Shown: positions 1-11,798, counted from the stretch's first letter. The stretch: DNA of 31,432 nt from Candidatus Methylomirabilis sp. (GCA_041498975.1 JBGQJI010000011.1:1-31432); one strand, 5' to 3'. The notes: a model not told the origin generated them from the letters alone. Program-made: numbers and translations.

Positions 1-195
1 GCCCTGATCGGCTTCGCCGGTCCCCGGGTCATCCAGGACACGATCCGCCAGGCGTTGCCCCCGGGGTTTCAGCGGGCTGAGTTCCTCCAGGACCATGGAT
101 TCGTGGACCTCATCGTCGACCGGAGGCAGCTCCGCGGAGTGCTGGCGAACTTGCTGGCATTCTTCGCGGACGGCCAGTTGACCGGGACGCAGTGA
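1..195 (+). CDS. accD: Acetyl-CoA carboxylase carboxyltransferase beta subunit, 3' end (partial)
   Basis: Frame 1 reads [41 protein letters not shown], the AccD C-terminal signature; TGA at 193-195; classic accD-folC order. Confidence 0.93.
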   Translation, partial: ALIGFAGPRVIQDTIRQALPPGFQRAEFLQDHGFVDLIVDRRQLRGVLANLLAFFADGQLTGTQ

Positions 196-211
196 CCCTC
201 GCGGGGTCCTC

Positions 212-1540
212 GTGACCTATTCCCAGGCGATTGCCTATCTGTACGGGCTTCAACGCTTCGGCGTCAAGCTGGGCCTCGAGAACATCCGCCGGCTCCTCGA
301 TGCTGTGGGAGACCCACAGTGTGGTGTTCCGTCCATTCTGATCGGGGGGACGAACGGCAAAGGGTCAACCGCCGCTTTTCTTTCCTCGATCCTTCGGGCT
401 GCCGGCTATAGGGTCGGGTTATACACCTCCCCGCATCTCTTGGAGTTCACGGAACGAGTCCGGGTCGATGGCCGGGCCATCGGCGAGGCTGACGTCGCCC
501 GTCTCACCGACGAACTTCGTTCTGTCGTTGCCGATCTCTTCTCACTTCCCCGCACCCCGCACCCCGCACCCCCTACCGTGTCCCACCCCACCTTCTTCGA
601 GGTCACCACCGCCCTCGCCTTCCTGCACTTTGTCCGGAGTCAGGTGGATTACGCGGTGGTCGAAGTCGGGCTGGGCGGCCGGTTCGATGCGACGAATGTC
701 CTTGACCCCGAAGTGGCTGTCATCACCAATATCGCCCTCGAGCACGAGGACTACCTGGGCAAGACGCTTGAGGCCATCGCGGCAGAGAAGGCGGGGATTG
801 TCAAAGCAGGGAAGCCGCTCGTCACCGCCGCCGATGCGCCCGAGGCCTTAGCGGTCATCACGGAGGTGTGTCGGACTCGGGGGGCGCCTCTCCTCGATGT
901 CGGCGCGACGTGCCGGTGGGAGATCACCGGGTCCGACCTGTCAGGACAGCGGTTCGTCGTGGCCCAGCGGGAGCAACCGACCCAAGAGTTCGGGATCCGC
1001 CTGCTCGGCCGACACCAGGTCACCAACGCCGTGACGGCCGTCGTTGCGGCGAGGCTCCTTCGTGTCCGGGGCGCCGAAGTTCCGGAGCAGGCGATCTGGG
1101 AGGGCCTGTGCCGTGCGCGATGGCCCGGCCGCTTACATCTCTTCCCTGGCCATCCTCTCGTGATCCTGGATGGAGCTCATAACCCGGCGGGCGCCAAGGC
1201 GCTCCGGGCCTTTCTCGAGGAGCAACGATTCGCCGGTCGCCTGGTCCTGGTCTTCGGGGTGCTTCAGGATAAAGACTGGATCGCGATGTTGCAGGAGTTG
1301 GGGCCGCTGGCGAAGCGTGTCATCCTCACCCGTCCGGAGAGCGAGCGCGCCGCCGACCCGCGAGGGCTTGTTGAAGCGGAGCGTTTCTGCCCAAAGCTCG
1401 AGATCCTGGTGGATGTGGGAGAGGCGATCGCCCTTGCCAGGACAGTGGCTGACCGAGAGGACGCCGTCGTTGTCACAGGCTCCCTCTTCATCGTCTCAGC
1501 GGCCCTGCGTACGCTGGGGGTGCGAAGGGCGCTGATGTGA
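212..1540 (+). CDS. folC: Folylpolyglutamate synthase/dihydrofolate synthase
   Basis: GTNGKGST P-loop, YTSPHL, EVGLGGRFDATN, EKAGI, WPGR, DGAHN motifs. Confidence 0.96.
   Translation: MTYSQAIAYLYGLQRFGVKLGLENIRRLLDAVGDPQCGVPSILIGGTNGKGSTAAFLSSILRAAGYRVGLYTSPHLLEFTERVRVDGRAIGEADVARLTDELRSVVADLFSLPRTPHPAPPTVSHPTFFEVTTALAFLHFVRSQVDYAVVEVGLGGRFDATNVLDPEVAVITNIALEHEDYLGKTLEAIAAEKAGIVKAGKPLVTAADAPEALAVITEVCRTRGAPLLDVGATCRWEITGSDLSGQRFVVAQREQPTQEFGIRLLGRHQVTNAVTAVVAARLLRVRGAEVPEQAIWEGLCRARWPGRLHLFPGHPLVILDGAHNPAGAKALRAFLEEQRFAGRLVLVFGVLQDKDWIAMLQELGPLAKRVILTRPESERAADPRGLVEAERFCPKLEILVDVGEAIALARTVADREDAVVVTGSLFIVSAALRTLGVRRALM
548..572 (+). repeat. Heptamer tandem repeat (CCCCGCA x3.5) inside folC
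   Basis: ccccgca ccccgca ccccgca cccc, encoding PRTPHPAP just before the HPTFFE motif. Confidence 0.8.
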
Positions 1541-2283
1541 GGCGTCGTGCGAGGGCTTGGCAACCTGCACTGACCCTTGCTGCAGGTCTCCTCTCTTCCG
1601 CAATCCACCTCGGCCACGCAACCGTCGCGGAATCGAGCGAGACACTGAGGGGCTTGGTCATGTCCAGAGACGGGGTGGCGCTGGAAGGTGCGACGGTGAC
1701 CCTGGAGGGGATCGGCAGCGTCAACACCGACGCTGACGGCCTTTTCGCCTTTCGTGATGTGCCGCCGGGCAACTACCGCCTGACTGTCAACAAGGAAGGC
1801 TTCCCGGATGAGAAACGGCTCGTCCCCGTGCAGACCGGCCGCGCGAACACCGTTCAGATCATCCTGGCCGGTACCGGGCCCCTCCCGGCAAGGGCCGAGA
1901 CCGTGAGTGTCCCCATCCAACGACAGGGCTCGGCGATCCTCGTCGGCGGTCGCGTGAACGGGCTGGTGGAGACACTCTTCCTCGTCGATACCGGCGCGAC
2001 CTTCTGTGTCTTGACCAATGCTACGGCGGGCCGCCTTGGTCTCACCTCGAGCGCATTCGCGCGGACCGTCACGGTCCACACTGCCTCTGGAACCATCGAG
2101 GCACCCCTGATCTCGATAGACCTGATCGAGGTGGCCGGGGCCAAGGCGAGGAGCGTCGAGGCGGTCATCCACGATGTCCCGGGCCTGTCGTCTGCTGTCG
2201 GCGGGCTGCTCGGCCTGAGTTTCCTGAATCGGTTTAAGGTCCAGCTCGATCCCGCCCGGGGGATGATGCTCCTGAACCGCTGA
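1537..2283 (+). CDS. Secreted protein with carboxypeptidase-regulatory-like beta-sandwich plus retropepsin-like (clan AA) aspartyl protease
   Basis: Signal peptide-like N-terminus; GATVTL...TDADGLFAFRDVPPGNYRLTVNKEGF; catalytic FLVDTGAT and C-terminal GLLGLSFL. Confidence 0.82.
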   Translation: MRRRARAWQPALTLAAGLLSSAIHLGHATVAESSETLRGLVMSRDGVALEGATVTLEGIGSVNTDADGLFAFRDVPPGNYRLTVNKEGFPDEKRLVPVQTGRANTVQIILAGTGPLPARAETVSVPIQRQGSAILVGGRVNGLVETLFLVDTGATFCVLTNATAGRLGLTSSAFARTVTVHTASGTIEAPLISIDLIEVAGAKARSVEAVIHDVPGLSSAVGGLLGLSFLNRFKVQLDPARGMMLLNR

Positions 2284-2303
2284 CGATTCAACGCGCCGAA
2301 AAT

Positions 2304-2335
2304 CGCTTTTGCGGCAAAAGCGGGTGTGGTAGCAT
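2304..2335 (+). promoter_or_regulatory. Candidate glmU-glmS promoter with overlapping palindrome
   Basis: CGCTTTTGC-G-GCAAAAGCG (2304-2322); TG-n-TAGCAT extended -10 with the hexamer at 2330-2335. Confidence 0.4.
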
Positions 2336-2445
2336 CGGTATACGTCACGGCGGGAAGTCTTCTCGGGCGTACAGTGTAGGCGCCGCATGGACGCTTCGAT
2401 CGTCGAGGGTGATGTGATTCATTTCATGAAGGGGGAGACCAGGGA

Positions 2446-3834
2446 GTGAAAGAGGTATGTACGATGATCCTGGCCGCCGGCCAGGGGACCAGGATGCGCT
2501 CGAAGCTTCCCAAGGTGCTGCATCAGGTCGCGGGCCTGCCGATGATCGCCTACGTCGTCGAAGCGTGCCGCACCGTTCGGGCGAAACGAACCCTGGTGAT
2601 CGTCGGATATCAGGCCGAGCGGGTGCGAGAGGCGCTGGCGGGCGAGGCAGTGGAATTCGTCCACCAGGAAGAGCTGCGGGGGACAGGTCACGCCCTTCTG
2701 CAGGCAGAGGAGGCACTGTCCGGTTTCGATGGCGATCTCCTGGTTCTCTCGGGTGACACCCCGCTGGTGACACCCAAGACCCTCGAGGACCTGGTGCGGG
2801 TGCATCGGGAGGCGCAAGCGCAGGCGACCGTTCTCACGGCCCAGATGTCGGAACCGTCCGGATATGGGCGGGTAGTGCGGGATGGGACGGGGGAGCTGCT
2901 CCGGATCGTCGAGGAGCTCGAGGCCACGCCGCAGGAGCGGCTGATCCATGAAATCAACACAAGCGTCTATTGCTTTGCCGCGCTTCCCCTCTTCGAGACC
3001 CTCACGGCGATCCGTCCTTCTGCGGTGAAAGGCGAACTGTACCTGCCGGATGTGGTGGGATTGCTCCGTGAGCGCGGAGGGCGCGTGCAGGCCCAGCGCG
3101 CGGCCGATCCCGACGAGGTTCAAGGCGTCAACACCCGTGCCGAGCTGGCCGCGGTCCATCGGCGTCTCTGGCGCAAGAACGCCGAACGGCTTCTCTCCGA
3201 GGGGGTCACTCTCCTTGACCCCGAGCGCACCTACGTTGGTCCCTTCGTGAGGATCGGGTCCGATTCGGTGCTCTACCCCAACGTCACCCTCGAAGGGCGG
3301 ACCGTGATCGGGGAGGCGACGACGATCCACGCGGGCTGTCGCATCCGGGATGCGAAGGTCGGGGATGGGACCCTCATCCTGGACGGGTGCATCATCCAGG
3401 AGAGCGAGATCGGCGACGGGTGTCAGGTCGGGCCCTACGCGCACATCCGACCGCAGACGACGCTGAAGCGGAACGCCAAGGTCGGCAATTTCGTGGAAGT
3501 CAAGAAGTCGGTGATCGGCGAGGGGTCGAAGGTCCCGCACCTGACCTATATCGGCGACACCAGCATGGGGGAGCGGGTGAACATCGGCGCGGGAACCATC
3601 ACCTGTAACTACGATGGATTTGCCAAGCATCAGACCGTCATCGAGGACGACGTCTTCGTCGGGAGCAATACCAGTCTCGTGGCGCCGGTCACGGTGGGGC
3701 GAGGAGCGATCATCGCCGCAGGATCGACCATCACCGAGGACGTGCCAGCCGACGCCCTGGCGTTCGGCCGGGCGCAGCAGGTCAACAAGGCCGGCCGCGC
3801 CACGGCCATGCGGGCCAAGCGGCAGAAGAGGTAG
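2446..3834 (+). CDS. glmU: Bifunctional UDP-GlcNAc pyrophosphorylase/glucosamine-1-phosphate N-acetyltransferase
   Basis: LAAGQGTRMRSKLPKVLH, GELYLPD, GNFVEVKKS, HLTYIGD, CNYDG and hexapeptide repeats. Confidence 0.97.
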   Translation: MKEVCTMILAAGQGTRMRSKLPKVLHQVAGLPMIAYVVEACRTVRAKRTLVIVGYQAERVREALAGEAVEFVHQEELRGTGHALLQAEEALSGFDGDLLVLSGDTPLVTPKTLEDLVRVHREAQAQATVLTAQMSEPSGYGRVVRDGTGELLRIVEELEATPQERLIHEINTSVYCFAALPLFETLTAIRPSAVKGELYLPDVVGLLRERGGRVQAQRAADPDEVQGVNTRAELAAVHRRLWRKNAERLLSEGVTLLDPERTYVGPFVRIGSDSVLYPNVTLEGRTVIGEATTIHAGCRIRDAKVGDGTLILDGCIIQESEIGDGCQVGPYAHIRPQTTLKRNAKVGNFVEVKKSVIGEGSKVPHLTYIGDTSMGERVNIGAGTITCNYDGFAKHQTVIEDDVFVGSNTSLVAPVTVGRGAIIAAGSTITEDVPADALAFGRAQQVNKAGRATAMRAKRQKR

Positions 3835-3838
3835 GCGT

Positions 3839-5674
<1,836 letters not shown>

Positions 5675-5678
5675 AGAC

Positions 5679-5716
5679 AGGTGCCAAGTGCGAGGTGCGA
5701 GGTGCGAGGTGCCAAG
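5679..5716 (+). repeat. Intergenic heptamer tandem repeat (consensus AGGTGCG, ~5.5 units)
   Basis: aggtgcc aagtgcg aggtgcg aggtgcg aggtgcc aag, just after the glmS stop. Confidence 0.85.
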
Positions 5717-5756
5717 CAAAATATGAAGGGTTGATTCCCACGAATCCGAAGCTCTC

Positions 5757-5796
5757 AACCCCCCGGTTGCCTTCGCGAACGGGGGGGTTTTTCTTT
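5757..5796 (+). terminator. Rho-independent terminator after glmS
   Basis: AACCCCCC...GGGGGGTT stem followed by TTTCTTT. Confidence 0.75.
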
Positions 5797-5823
5797 GACA
5801 AGACTCTCCTGCCAGATTACAGT
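5795..5823 (+). promoter_or_regulatory. Sigma70-type promoter for pcrA
   Basis: TTGACA (5795-5800), 17-nt spacer, TACAGT (5818-5823). Confidence 0.65.
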
Positions 5824-5843
5824 TGGACCATGTTCGCCGATCG

Positions 5844-8087
5844 ATGGAGAAGCATGCCGAAGTGAGACTTGACGCGATCTTAGCCGATTTGAATCCCAGA
5901 CAGGAAGAAGCGGTCGTGCACAAGGAAGGGCCGCTTCTGGTCCTGGCAGGTGCCGGTTCGGGCAAGACGCGGGTGATCACCAGGCGGATCGCCTACCTGA
6001 TCGGCTACTGCGGGGTCTCGCCCTGGAACATCCTGGCCGTCACCTTCACGAACAAGGCAGCCGGCGAGATGAAGCGGCGGGTGGCGGATCTCCTTGACCA
6101 GGCATGGCCTGAGCCCGGTCGAAGGGATGGCCTGAGCGTGTGGGTCGGGACGTTTCACTCGACCTGCGTCCGGATTCTCCGGAAGCACGGCGGGACCATT
6201 GGCCTCAGGAGCTCGTTCGTCATCTACGACGAGGGCGACCAGTTGAGCCTGATGCGGGACTGCCTGCGGGCCCTGGGCTTGTCCGAGCGCGCGCTGAACC
6301 CCCGCACAGTCCTCTCCCGCATCAGCCGGGCCAAGAACGAGCTGCTCTCCCCGGAGGAGTACGCGCTGGTTGCTAACGACCACATGGAGGAGCGGACCGC
6401 CAGGGTGTACCGCATGTATCAGGAGCGGCTGGAAGGGTTGCAAGCCCTTGACTTCGACGATCTGCTGATGGGAACGGTGCACCTGTTCGAGCGTCATCCC
6501 GAGGTGCTGGCTGCCTATCAGGACCTCTGGCGCTACATCCTGGTGGACGAGTACCAGGATACGAACCATGCCCAGTACCGCTTGATTCATTTGCTGGCCG
6601 GCAAACACGGGAACTTGTGCGTGGTCGGGGACGACGACCAGTCAATCTACAAATGGCGCGGCGCCGACTTGGACAACATCCTGGACTTCGAGCGGGACCA
6701 TCCCGGCTGCGCCGTGATCCGGCTGGAACAGAACTACCGATCCACCCAGCGGATCCTCGACGGTGCGGGACGCGTGGTGGCCCACAACATCGGCCGGAAG
6801 GGAAAGACCCTCTGGACCGAGAACGAAGAGGGGGACCCGATCGTCCTGTACCGCTGCCTCGACGAAGTGGATGAGGCCCTATTTGCGGTCGGGACCATCC
6901 GAAGCCAGGTGGCCGACGAGGGATCGCGATACGACGACTATGCCATATTCTACCGGACGAACGCCCAGTCCCGTGTCCTGGAAGAGGCGCTGCGTCAGGC
7001 CTTGATCCCGTACATCATCGTCGGCGGGCTCCGCTTCTACGAGCGGAAAGAGATCAAGGACCTCCTGGCCTATCTGAGGTGGGTGGTGAACCCCGCCGAC
7101 CTCGTCAGCTTCAAGCGGATCGTGAATGCCCCGGCGCGCGGGATCGGACCGGCGACGGTGGCGAAGCTCGAGCTGCTGGCGATCCAGGACAAGAGTACGA
7201 TCTGGGAGGCGTGCAAGCGGGCCGTGGCGGAGAAGCTGCTGCCGCCCAAGCAGCGGGCGGCGATGGAGGGGCTGCTCCAGTTGATCGAAGAGGCCCGATC
7301 CAAATCAGGCGTCGTCTCGCTCCCGGAGATGGTCGACGAACTGATTACCGCCACCGGGTACGCCGAGGAGCTCCGGGCTGAAGGGACGCCGGAGACCCAG
7401 GGTCGCTTGGAGAACCTGAAGGAGCTTGTGACAGCCGCCCAGGAGTTCGTGGAACGGAGCGAGGAAGGCAGCCTTCAGGCGTTCCTCGATTCCGTCGCCC
7501 TGATCGCCGACATCGACGAGTATGCCGAAGGCCGGGGCGCGGTGACGCTCATGACGCTCCACATGGCGAAGGGTCTGGAATTCCCGACGGTCTTCATGGT
7601 CGGGATGGAGGAAGGGATCTTCCCCCACGCGTATGCTCTGTCCGACGAGCGGGAGCTGGAAGAGGAGCGCCGTCTGTGCTACGTCGGCATAACCAGGGCC
7701 AAGCGGCGGCTCTACCTGACGTCGGCCCGCCAGCGGCGCCTGTACGGAAGCCAGAGTTTCAACCTTCCGTCGCGGTTCCTGGATGAGATCCCGGCGGAGG
7801 TGCTGGAGATCCGAGATCGGTGGGCAAGCCACGCCCTTGCGAGTTCGGCCGCAGCAGCAGAAGGTCCTGCTGTCTATGAACGCTCAACTCTGAACTCTGA
7901 ACGACCAGAGGATGAGGCCTTCGTTGATCGCCTCTATCCCGGGGCTCGCGTCAGGCATCCCGACTTTGGGATCGGGGTGGTACGGGAACGGACCGGGAGC
8001 GGGGACAATCTGAAAGTGGTCGTGAAGTTCAACGGGGTCGGCGAAAAGAGACTGCTCGTCAAGTATGCGCAGCTAGAGCAGGGATAG
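5844..8087 (+). CDS. pcrA: ATP-dependent DNA helicase PcrA/UvrD
   Basis: LAGAGSGKT, VDEYQDTN, VGDDDQSIYKWRGA, LEQNYRST, TLHMAKGLEF, EERRLCYVGITRA, C-terminal Tudor-like RVRHPDFGIG. Start is ATG 5844 or GTG 5862. Confidence 0.95.
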   Translation: MEKHAEVRLDAILADLNPRQEEAVVHKEGPLLVLAGAGSGKTRVITRRIAYLIGYCGVSPWNILAVTFTNKAAGEMKRRVADLLDQAWPEPGRRDGLSVWVGTFHSTCVRILRKHGGTIGLRSSFVIYDEGDQLSLMRDCLRALGLSERALNPRTVLSRISRAKNELLSPEEYALVANDHMEERTARVYRMYQERLEGLQALDFDDLLMGTVHLFERHPEVLAAYQDLWRYILVDEYQDTNHAQYRLIHLLAGKHGNLCVVGDDDQSIYKWRGADLDNILDFERDHPGCAVIRLEQNYRSTQRILDGAGRVVAHNIGRKGKTLWTENEEGDPIVLYRCLDEVDEALFAVGTIRSQVADEGSRYDDYAIFYRTNAQSRVLEEALRQALIPYIIVGGLRFYERKEIKDLLAYLRWVVNPADLVSFKRIVNAPARGIGPATVAKLELLAIQDKSTIWEACKRAVAEKLLPPKQRAAMEGLLQLIEEARSKSGVVSLPEMVDELITATGYAEELRAEGTPETQGRLENLKELVTAAQEFVERSEEGSLQAFLDSVALIADIDEYAEGRGAVTLMTLHMAKGLEFPTVFMVGMEEGIFPHAYALSDERELEEERRLCYVGITRAKRRLYLTSARQRRLYGSQSFNLPSRFLDEIPAEVLEIRDRWASHALASSAAAAEGPAVYERSTLNSERPEDEAFVDRLYPGARVRHPDFGIGVVRERTGSGDNLKVVVKFNGVGEKRLLVKYAQLEQG
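6108..6125 (+). repeat. REP-like short repeat unit inserted in frame in pcrA
   Basis: CCTGAGCCCGGTCGAAGG encodes PEPGRR; resembles the CCTGAGCnnnGTCGAAGG dispersed repeat; lies in a variable loop before WVGTFHS. Confidence 0.45.
7877..7903 (+). repeat. Heptamer tandem repeat (TGAACTC-like x4) in the pcrA C-terminal linker
   Basis: tgaacgc tcaactc tgaactc tgaacg. Confidence 0.7.
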
Positions 8088-8099
8088 GGGAATCCGGCC

Positions 8100-9095
8100 A
8101 TGGCTTGCCCAGCCCTCAGCAGTGCGGACCAGCACCGCCACAGTCACGGTTCGGTGGATCCATCGGTCCTGGATCGTGGCATCAGGGCCCTGGTGGTCTC
8201 CAGCGTGGGCCTCCTGGCGACCTTCTGCCTGCAGATCGTTGTGGTGTGGATCGGGCGAAGCGCGGCGCTCCTGGCCGACGCCATCCACAACCTGGCCGAT
8301 GTCTTCACCTCGCTCCCGATCTGGATTGCCTTTATCCTCTCTCGCCGCCAGGCAAATCGGCGCTTCACGTACGGGTACTCCCGCGCGGAGGATATTGCCG
8401 GAGTGACGGTCATCCTTTTCATCGTGGCCAGCGCCGGCTTCGCAGCCTATGCCGCGGCCCAGAAGTGGTCCAGCTAGACGGCCACCACGCACCTTGGACT
8501 GGGGATGGCGGCCGCCCTGATCGGAGCGATCGGGAATGAGCTTGTCGCCAGGTATAAGATCCGGGAAGGCAGAGCGATTGGCAGCGCGGCTCTGGTCGCC
8601 GACGGTCAACATTCCCGCGCCGACGCGCTGACCTCCGTCGGAGCCTTCCTTGGGATCCTCGGCGTGTTTCTGGGTCTAACGTGGGCGGATCCGCTCATGG
8701 CGCTGTTGATCAGTGCGGCGATCCTCTATATCGCGTGGGATGCCGGTCGGGAGGTGTTCGCCCGCATCATGGATGCCATCGAGCCGGAGACGGTGGCCGA
8801 GATCGAACGAGTCGCGGCGGCGACAAGCGGCGTGTGTCAGGTGGATGAGGTTCGAGCCCGGTGGATTGGGCATCGGATGATGATCGAGCTTGCGATCCAG
8901 GTCGCCCCGCAATTGACGGTTGCCGAGGGACACCAGATCGCCGAGGAGGTACGACACGGACTGTTCCACCACATCCCCCGGGTAGCCGACGCCCACGTGC
9001 ATGTCAATCCAGCGTGGGAGGGGGCTGATCCATACCATGGCATGACGACCCACCACGATCTGCCCTTCTCCCCACAGGGGAGAACGCAGGGATGA
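8100..9095 (+). pseudogene. Cation diffusion facilitator (FieF-like) transporter split by one in-frame TAG at 8475-8477
   Basis: ORFs 8100-8477 and 8505-9095 share a frame with 9 sense codons (TATTHLGLG) between them; joined sequence has SAALLADAIHNLAD, FTYGYSRAE, ALVADGQHSRAD and the C-terminal HVHVNP dimerisation domain. Confidence 0.85.
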
Positions 9096-9096
9096 G
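9064..9096. repeat. Dispersed palindromic repeat, copy 1 (forms the CDF 3' end)
   Basis: CCTTCTCCCC-aca-GGGGAGAA-cgc-AGGGATGAG; differs from 20489-20521 only in the two 3-nt variable blocks. Confidence 0.7.
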
Positions 9097-9185
9097 CAAG
9101 GGGGCAGCGCGCCGAAGGAGGGGAGCCGCACCGGGACCGCTGGTCGGCCCGTGAGAAGCCTCGCTAAACCGAAAGGAAACACGCC

Positions 9186-9473
9186 GTGAAGATCACGATC
9201 AAGGAAGTCGAGCATGTGGCCCGGCTGGCCCGCCTGGAGCTGACGGAAGAGGAAAAGGAGCGGACGCGCGCGCAGCTCGACTCCATCCTGAGTTACATCG
9301 ACAAGCTGAATGAGCTGGACACCTCCGCGGTGGAGCCGACCTCGCACGTCTTGCCGATGACAAACGTGTTCCGGGAGGATGAGGTCCGCCCCTCGCTCTC
9401 TCAGGAAGAGGCCCTGGCCAATGCCCCCGACAGGCATGACCTCTTCTTCCGTGTCCCGAGGATCCTGGAGTGA
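9186..9473 (+). CDS. gatC: Asp/Glu-tRNA amidotransferase subunit C
   Basis: [13 protein letters not shown]...EPTSH...FREDEV...NAP...FRVPRILE. Confidence 0.96.
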   Translation: MKITIKEVEHVARLARLELTEEEKERTRAQLDSILSYIDKLNELDTSAVEPTSHVLPMTNVFREDEVRPSLSQEEALANAPDRHDLFFRVPRILE

Positions 9474-9477
9474 CCTG

Positions 9478-10938
9478 GTGGAACTCTGCCGGCTGACCAT
9501 CCACGAGATGCAGGAGCTGCTCGCGAAGCGCGAGGTGAGTTCAACCGACATCGTCCGCTCGGTGCTCGACCAGATCGGGCGGCTCGATGGGCAGGTCCGC
9601 GCCTACATGACCCTCACCGAGGAAGGGGCCCTTGCGCAGGCTGAAGCTGTTGATCGCAAGCTCGATGCAGGCGATGTCCTCCCGCCGCTGGCCGGCATCC
9701 CCTTGGCGATCAAAGATGTCCTCTGCACCAAAGGGGTACGGACCACCTGCTCATCGAGGATCCTGGAATCGTACGTGCCCCCCTACGACGCCACGGTGGT
9801 TCGGCGCCTGAAGGCCCAAGAGGCAGTCCTCCTGGGCAAGACGAACATGGACGAGTTCGCCATGGGCTCCTCCACCGAAAACTCGGCGTTCTTTCACACC
9901 CGGAATCCATGGGCGCTCCACTGCGTGCCCGGCGGCAGCTCGGGGGGCTCGGCGGCCGCCGTGGCGGCAGGCTTCTGCGCTGCCGCGCTCGGCAGCGACA
10001 CCGGCGGATCGATCCGGCAGCCAGCGAGTTTCTGCGGCATCGCGGGCCTGAAACCGACCTACGGCCGGGTCTCCCGGTACGGCCTTGTGGCCTTCGCATC
10101 CTCGCTCGACCAGATCGGGCCTCTGGCGAAAGATGTCCGCGATTGCGCCGTCCTGCTGGAGGCGATCGCCGGGCACGACCCGTGCGATTCGACCTCGGCG
10201 GACCTGCCCGTTCCCGACTATTCGTCCGCGTTGACCGGGGACGTCCGGGGGATGCGGATCGGCATACCCGACGAATACTTCATCGAAGGGATGGACCCCG
10301 AGGTGGAAGCGGCGATCTGGACGGCCATCCGGACGCTCGAGGAGCTGGGCGGGAGGCAGGAGAAGGTTTCGCTTCCCCACACCCCCTATGCCGTCGCAAC
10401 CTACTACCTCGTGGCGACGGCTGAGGCCAGCAGCAACCTGGCCCGCTACGACGGGGTCAAATACGGGCATCGGATATCGAGACCCGCTGACCTGTTGGAG
10501 ATGTACCAGAAGACCCGCCGCGCGGGGTTCGGTGCGGAGGTCAAGCGGAGGATCATGCTCGGGACCTATGCCCTGTCGGCCGGTTACTATGACGCCTACT
10601 ATCTCAAGGCGCAGAAGGTTCGGACGCTGATCCGGCGGGACTTCGAGCAGGCCTTCGAGCGGTGTGACGTGATCGCCACCCCCACTTCCCCGACGCCGCC
10701 TTTCACGTTTGGGGAGAAGACCGAGGATCCGCTCCAGATGTACCTTTCGGACATTTTCACGATCTCGGTCAACCTGGCGGGCCTGCCGGGCATTTCGATT
10801 CCCTGCGGGTTCACCAAGGCCGGGCTGCCGATCGGCCTGCAGCTCATCGGGAAGCCGTTCGACGAGGCGACCATTCTCACAGTGGCGGACGCCTATGAGC
10901 GGGCGACAGGCTGGCATCTCCGCCAGCCTCCCCTGTGA
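9478..10938 (+). CDS. gatA: Asp/Glu-tRNA amidotransferase subunit A
   Basis: GTG 9478 with GGAG upstream; [52 protein letters not shown]. Confidence 0.97.
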   Translation: MELCRLTIHEMQELLAKREVSSTDIVRSVLDQIGRLDGQVRAYMTLTEEGALAQAEAVDRKLDAGDVLPPLAGIPLAIKDVLCTKGVRTTCSSRILESYVPPYDATVVRRLKAQEAVLLGKTNMDEFAMGSSTENSAFFHTRNPWALHCVPGGSSGGSAAAVAAGFCAAALGSDTGGSIRQPASFCGIAGLKPTYGRVSRYGLVAFASSLDQIGPLAKDVRDCAVLLEAIAGHDPCDSTSADLPVPDYSSALTGDVRGMRIGIPDEYFIEGMDPEVEAAIWTAIRTLEELGGRQEKVSLPHTPYAVATYYLVATAEASSNLARYDGVKYGHRISRPADLLEMYQKTRRAGFGAEVKRRIMLGTYALSAGYYDAYYLKAQKVRTLIRRDFEQAFERCDVIATPTSPTPPFTFGEKTEDPLQMYLSDIFTISVNLAGLPGISIPCGFTKAGLPIGLQLIGKPFDEATILTVADAYERATGWHLRQPPL

Positions 10939-10942
10939 ATCG

Positions 10943-11350
10943 ATGCAGGTAACGCTAAGGCAATTCGGGATGGCGCTTGCCCTGGTCGTCAGCGTGGCGC
11001 CTTGCTTGGCATCGGCTGCCAACAAGGATCTGGTAATCGTCAACTCGGAGCGGTGGATCGACACGATCAAGGGGACGGTGAAGAACGTCAGCGCCGATCG
11101 GGCCGAGGAGGTCGTCATCGTGGTTCGCTTCTACGGAGGTGCCGTCAGCACCACGAGGCCCCACGGCCGGAAGTCTGCCCCCCATCAGGAGATGGGACAG
11201 CAGACCGTTAGAATGGCGACGCTCGAGCCGGGCCAGGAAGCACCATTCGAAGTGGAGATCGCCGAAAAGCATCGCAAGGCGACGTCTTTCAAGTTTGAGC
11301 CCCATGCCATCTGGCGCAAGGGCAGTGGGACCCGTTCCCACGGGCATTAG
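10943..11350 (+). CDS. Secreted hypothetical protein, FxLYD-like Ig fold
   Basis: ATG 10943; signal peptide ending ASA; IKGTVKN...VVIVVRFY...LEPGQEAPFEV pattern. Confidence 0.65.
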   Translation: MQVTLRQFGMALALVVSVAPCLASAANKDLVIVNSERWIDTIKGTVKNVSADRAEEVVIVVRFYGGAVSTTRPHGRKSAPHQEMGQQTVRMATLEPGQEAPFEVEIAEKHRKATSFKFEPHAIWRKGSGTRSHGH

Positions 11351-11354
11351 CGAG

Positions 11355-11798
11355 ATGCTCTACTTTGCCTATGGCTCCAACATGGAGAGGGTGCAGTTGA
11401 AGCGACTTTGCCCGAAGGCCAGATTCGTGGCCGCGGCAGTCCTTCCCGACCATGAGTTGGTCTTCTCCGGAAGCTCGCGGATGTGGGGCGGCGGGGTCGC
11501 GGACATCCGCGACGGACCGAGGAAGAAGGTCGAGGGCGTTGTCTGGGAGATCAGCGAAGCCGAACGAACGGCATTGGACGAATATGAAGGGTATCCCGAG
11601 TTCTACGTCACCAAGGAGGTCCAGGTGAGCGCCACCTCAGGCAAGCTGCTCACGGCTTTTGCCTACGTGATGGCCAGACCGGGTCGCGAGATGCCCCCCT
11701 CAAAGCCGTATAAGCGGCTGCTGATCAGCGGCGCCGAGGAGCATGGCCTGTCCGAAAAGTACGTCGCTTTTCTCGAGTCGATCCGCCCGGCGAGCTAA
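11355..11798 (+). CDS. Gamma-glutamylcyclotransferase (GGCT/AIG2-like) family protein
   Basis: Starts MLYFAYGSNM; VEGVVWEI, LDEYEG, PSKPY...GAEEHGL. Confidence 0.9.
   Translation: MLYFAYGSNMERVQLKRLCPKARFVAAAVLPDHELVFSGSSRMWGGGVADIRDGPRKKVEGVVWEISEAERTALDEYEGYPEFYVTKEVQVSATSGKLLTAFAYVMARPGREMPPSKPYKRLLISGAEEHGLSEKYVAFLESIRPAS

Noticed and set aside
2340..2445. Possible glmS ribozyme in the glmU leader (GGCGCC...GTCGAGG)
   Set aside because: Only loose resemblance to the AGCGCC...GACGAGG core; I could not build the required pairings. An Rfam scan would settle it.
3614..3838. N-terminal extensions in the ORF track for glmS (also gatA 9379, GGCT 11139, 10709 ORF, MetE-like 25392)
   Set aside because: They overlap upstream genes or repeats; GlmS needs Cys at the mature N-terminus, and family-typical starts lie downstream.
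5679..5716. Repeat array as CRISPR
   Set aside because: 7-nt tandem units with no spacers and no cas genes.
8475..8477. Pyrrolysine or genome-wide TAG recoding
   Set aside because: TAG terminates glmU, pcrA and other genes at their expected ends; no pyl genes in the window.
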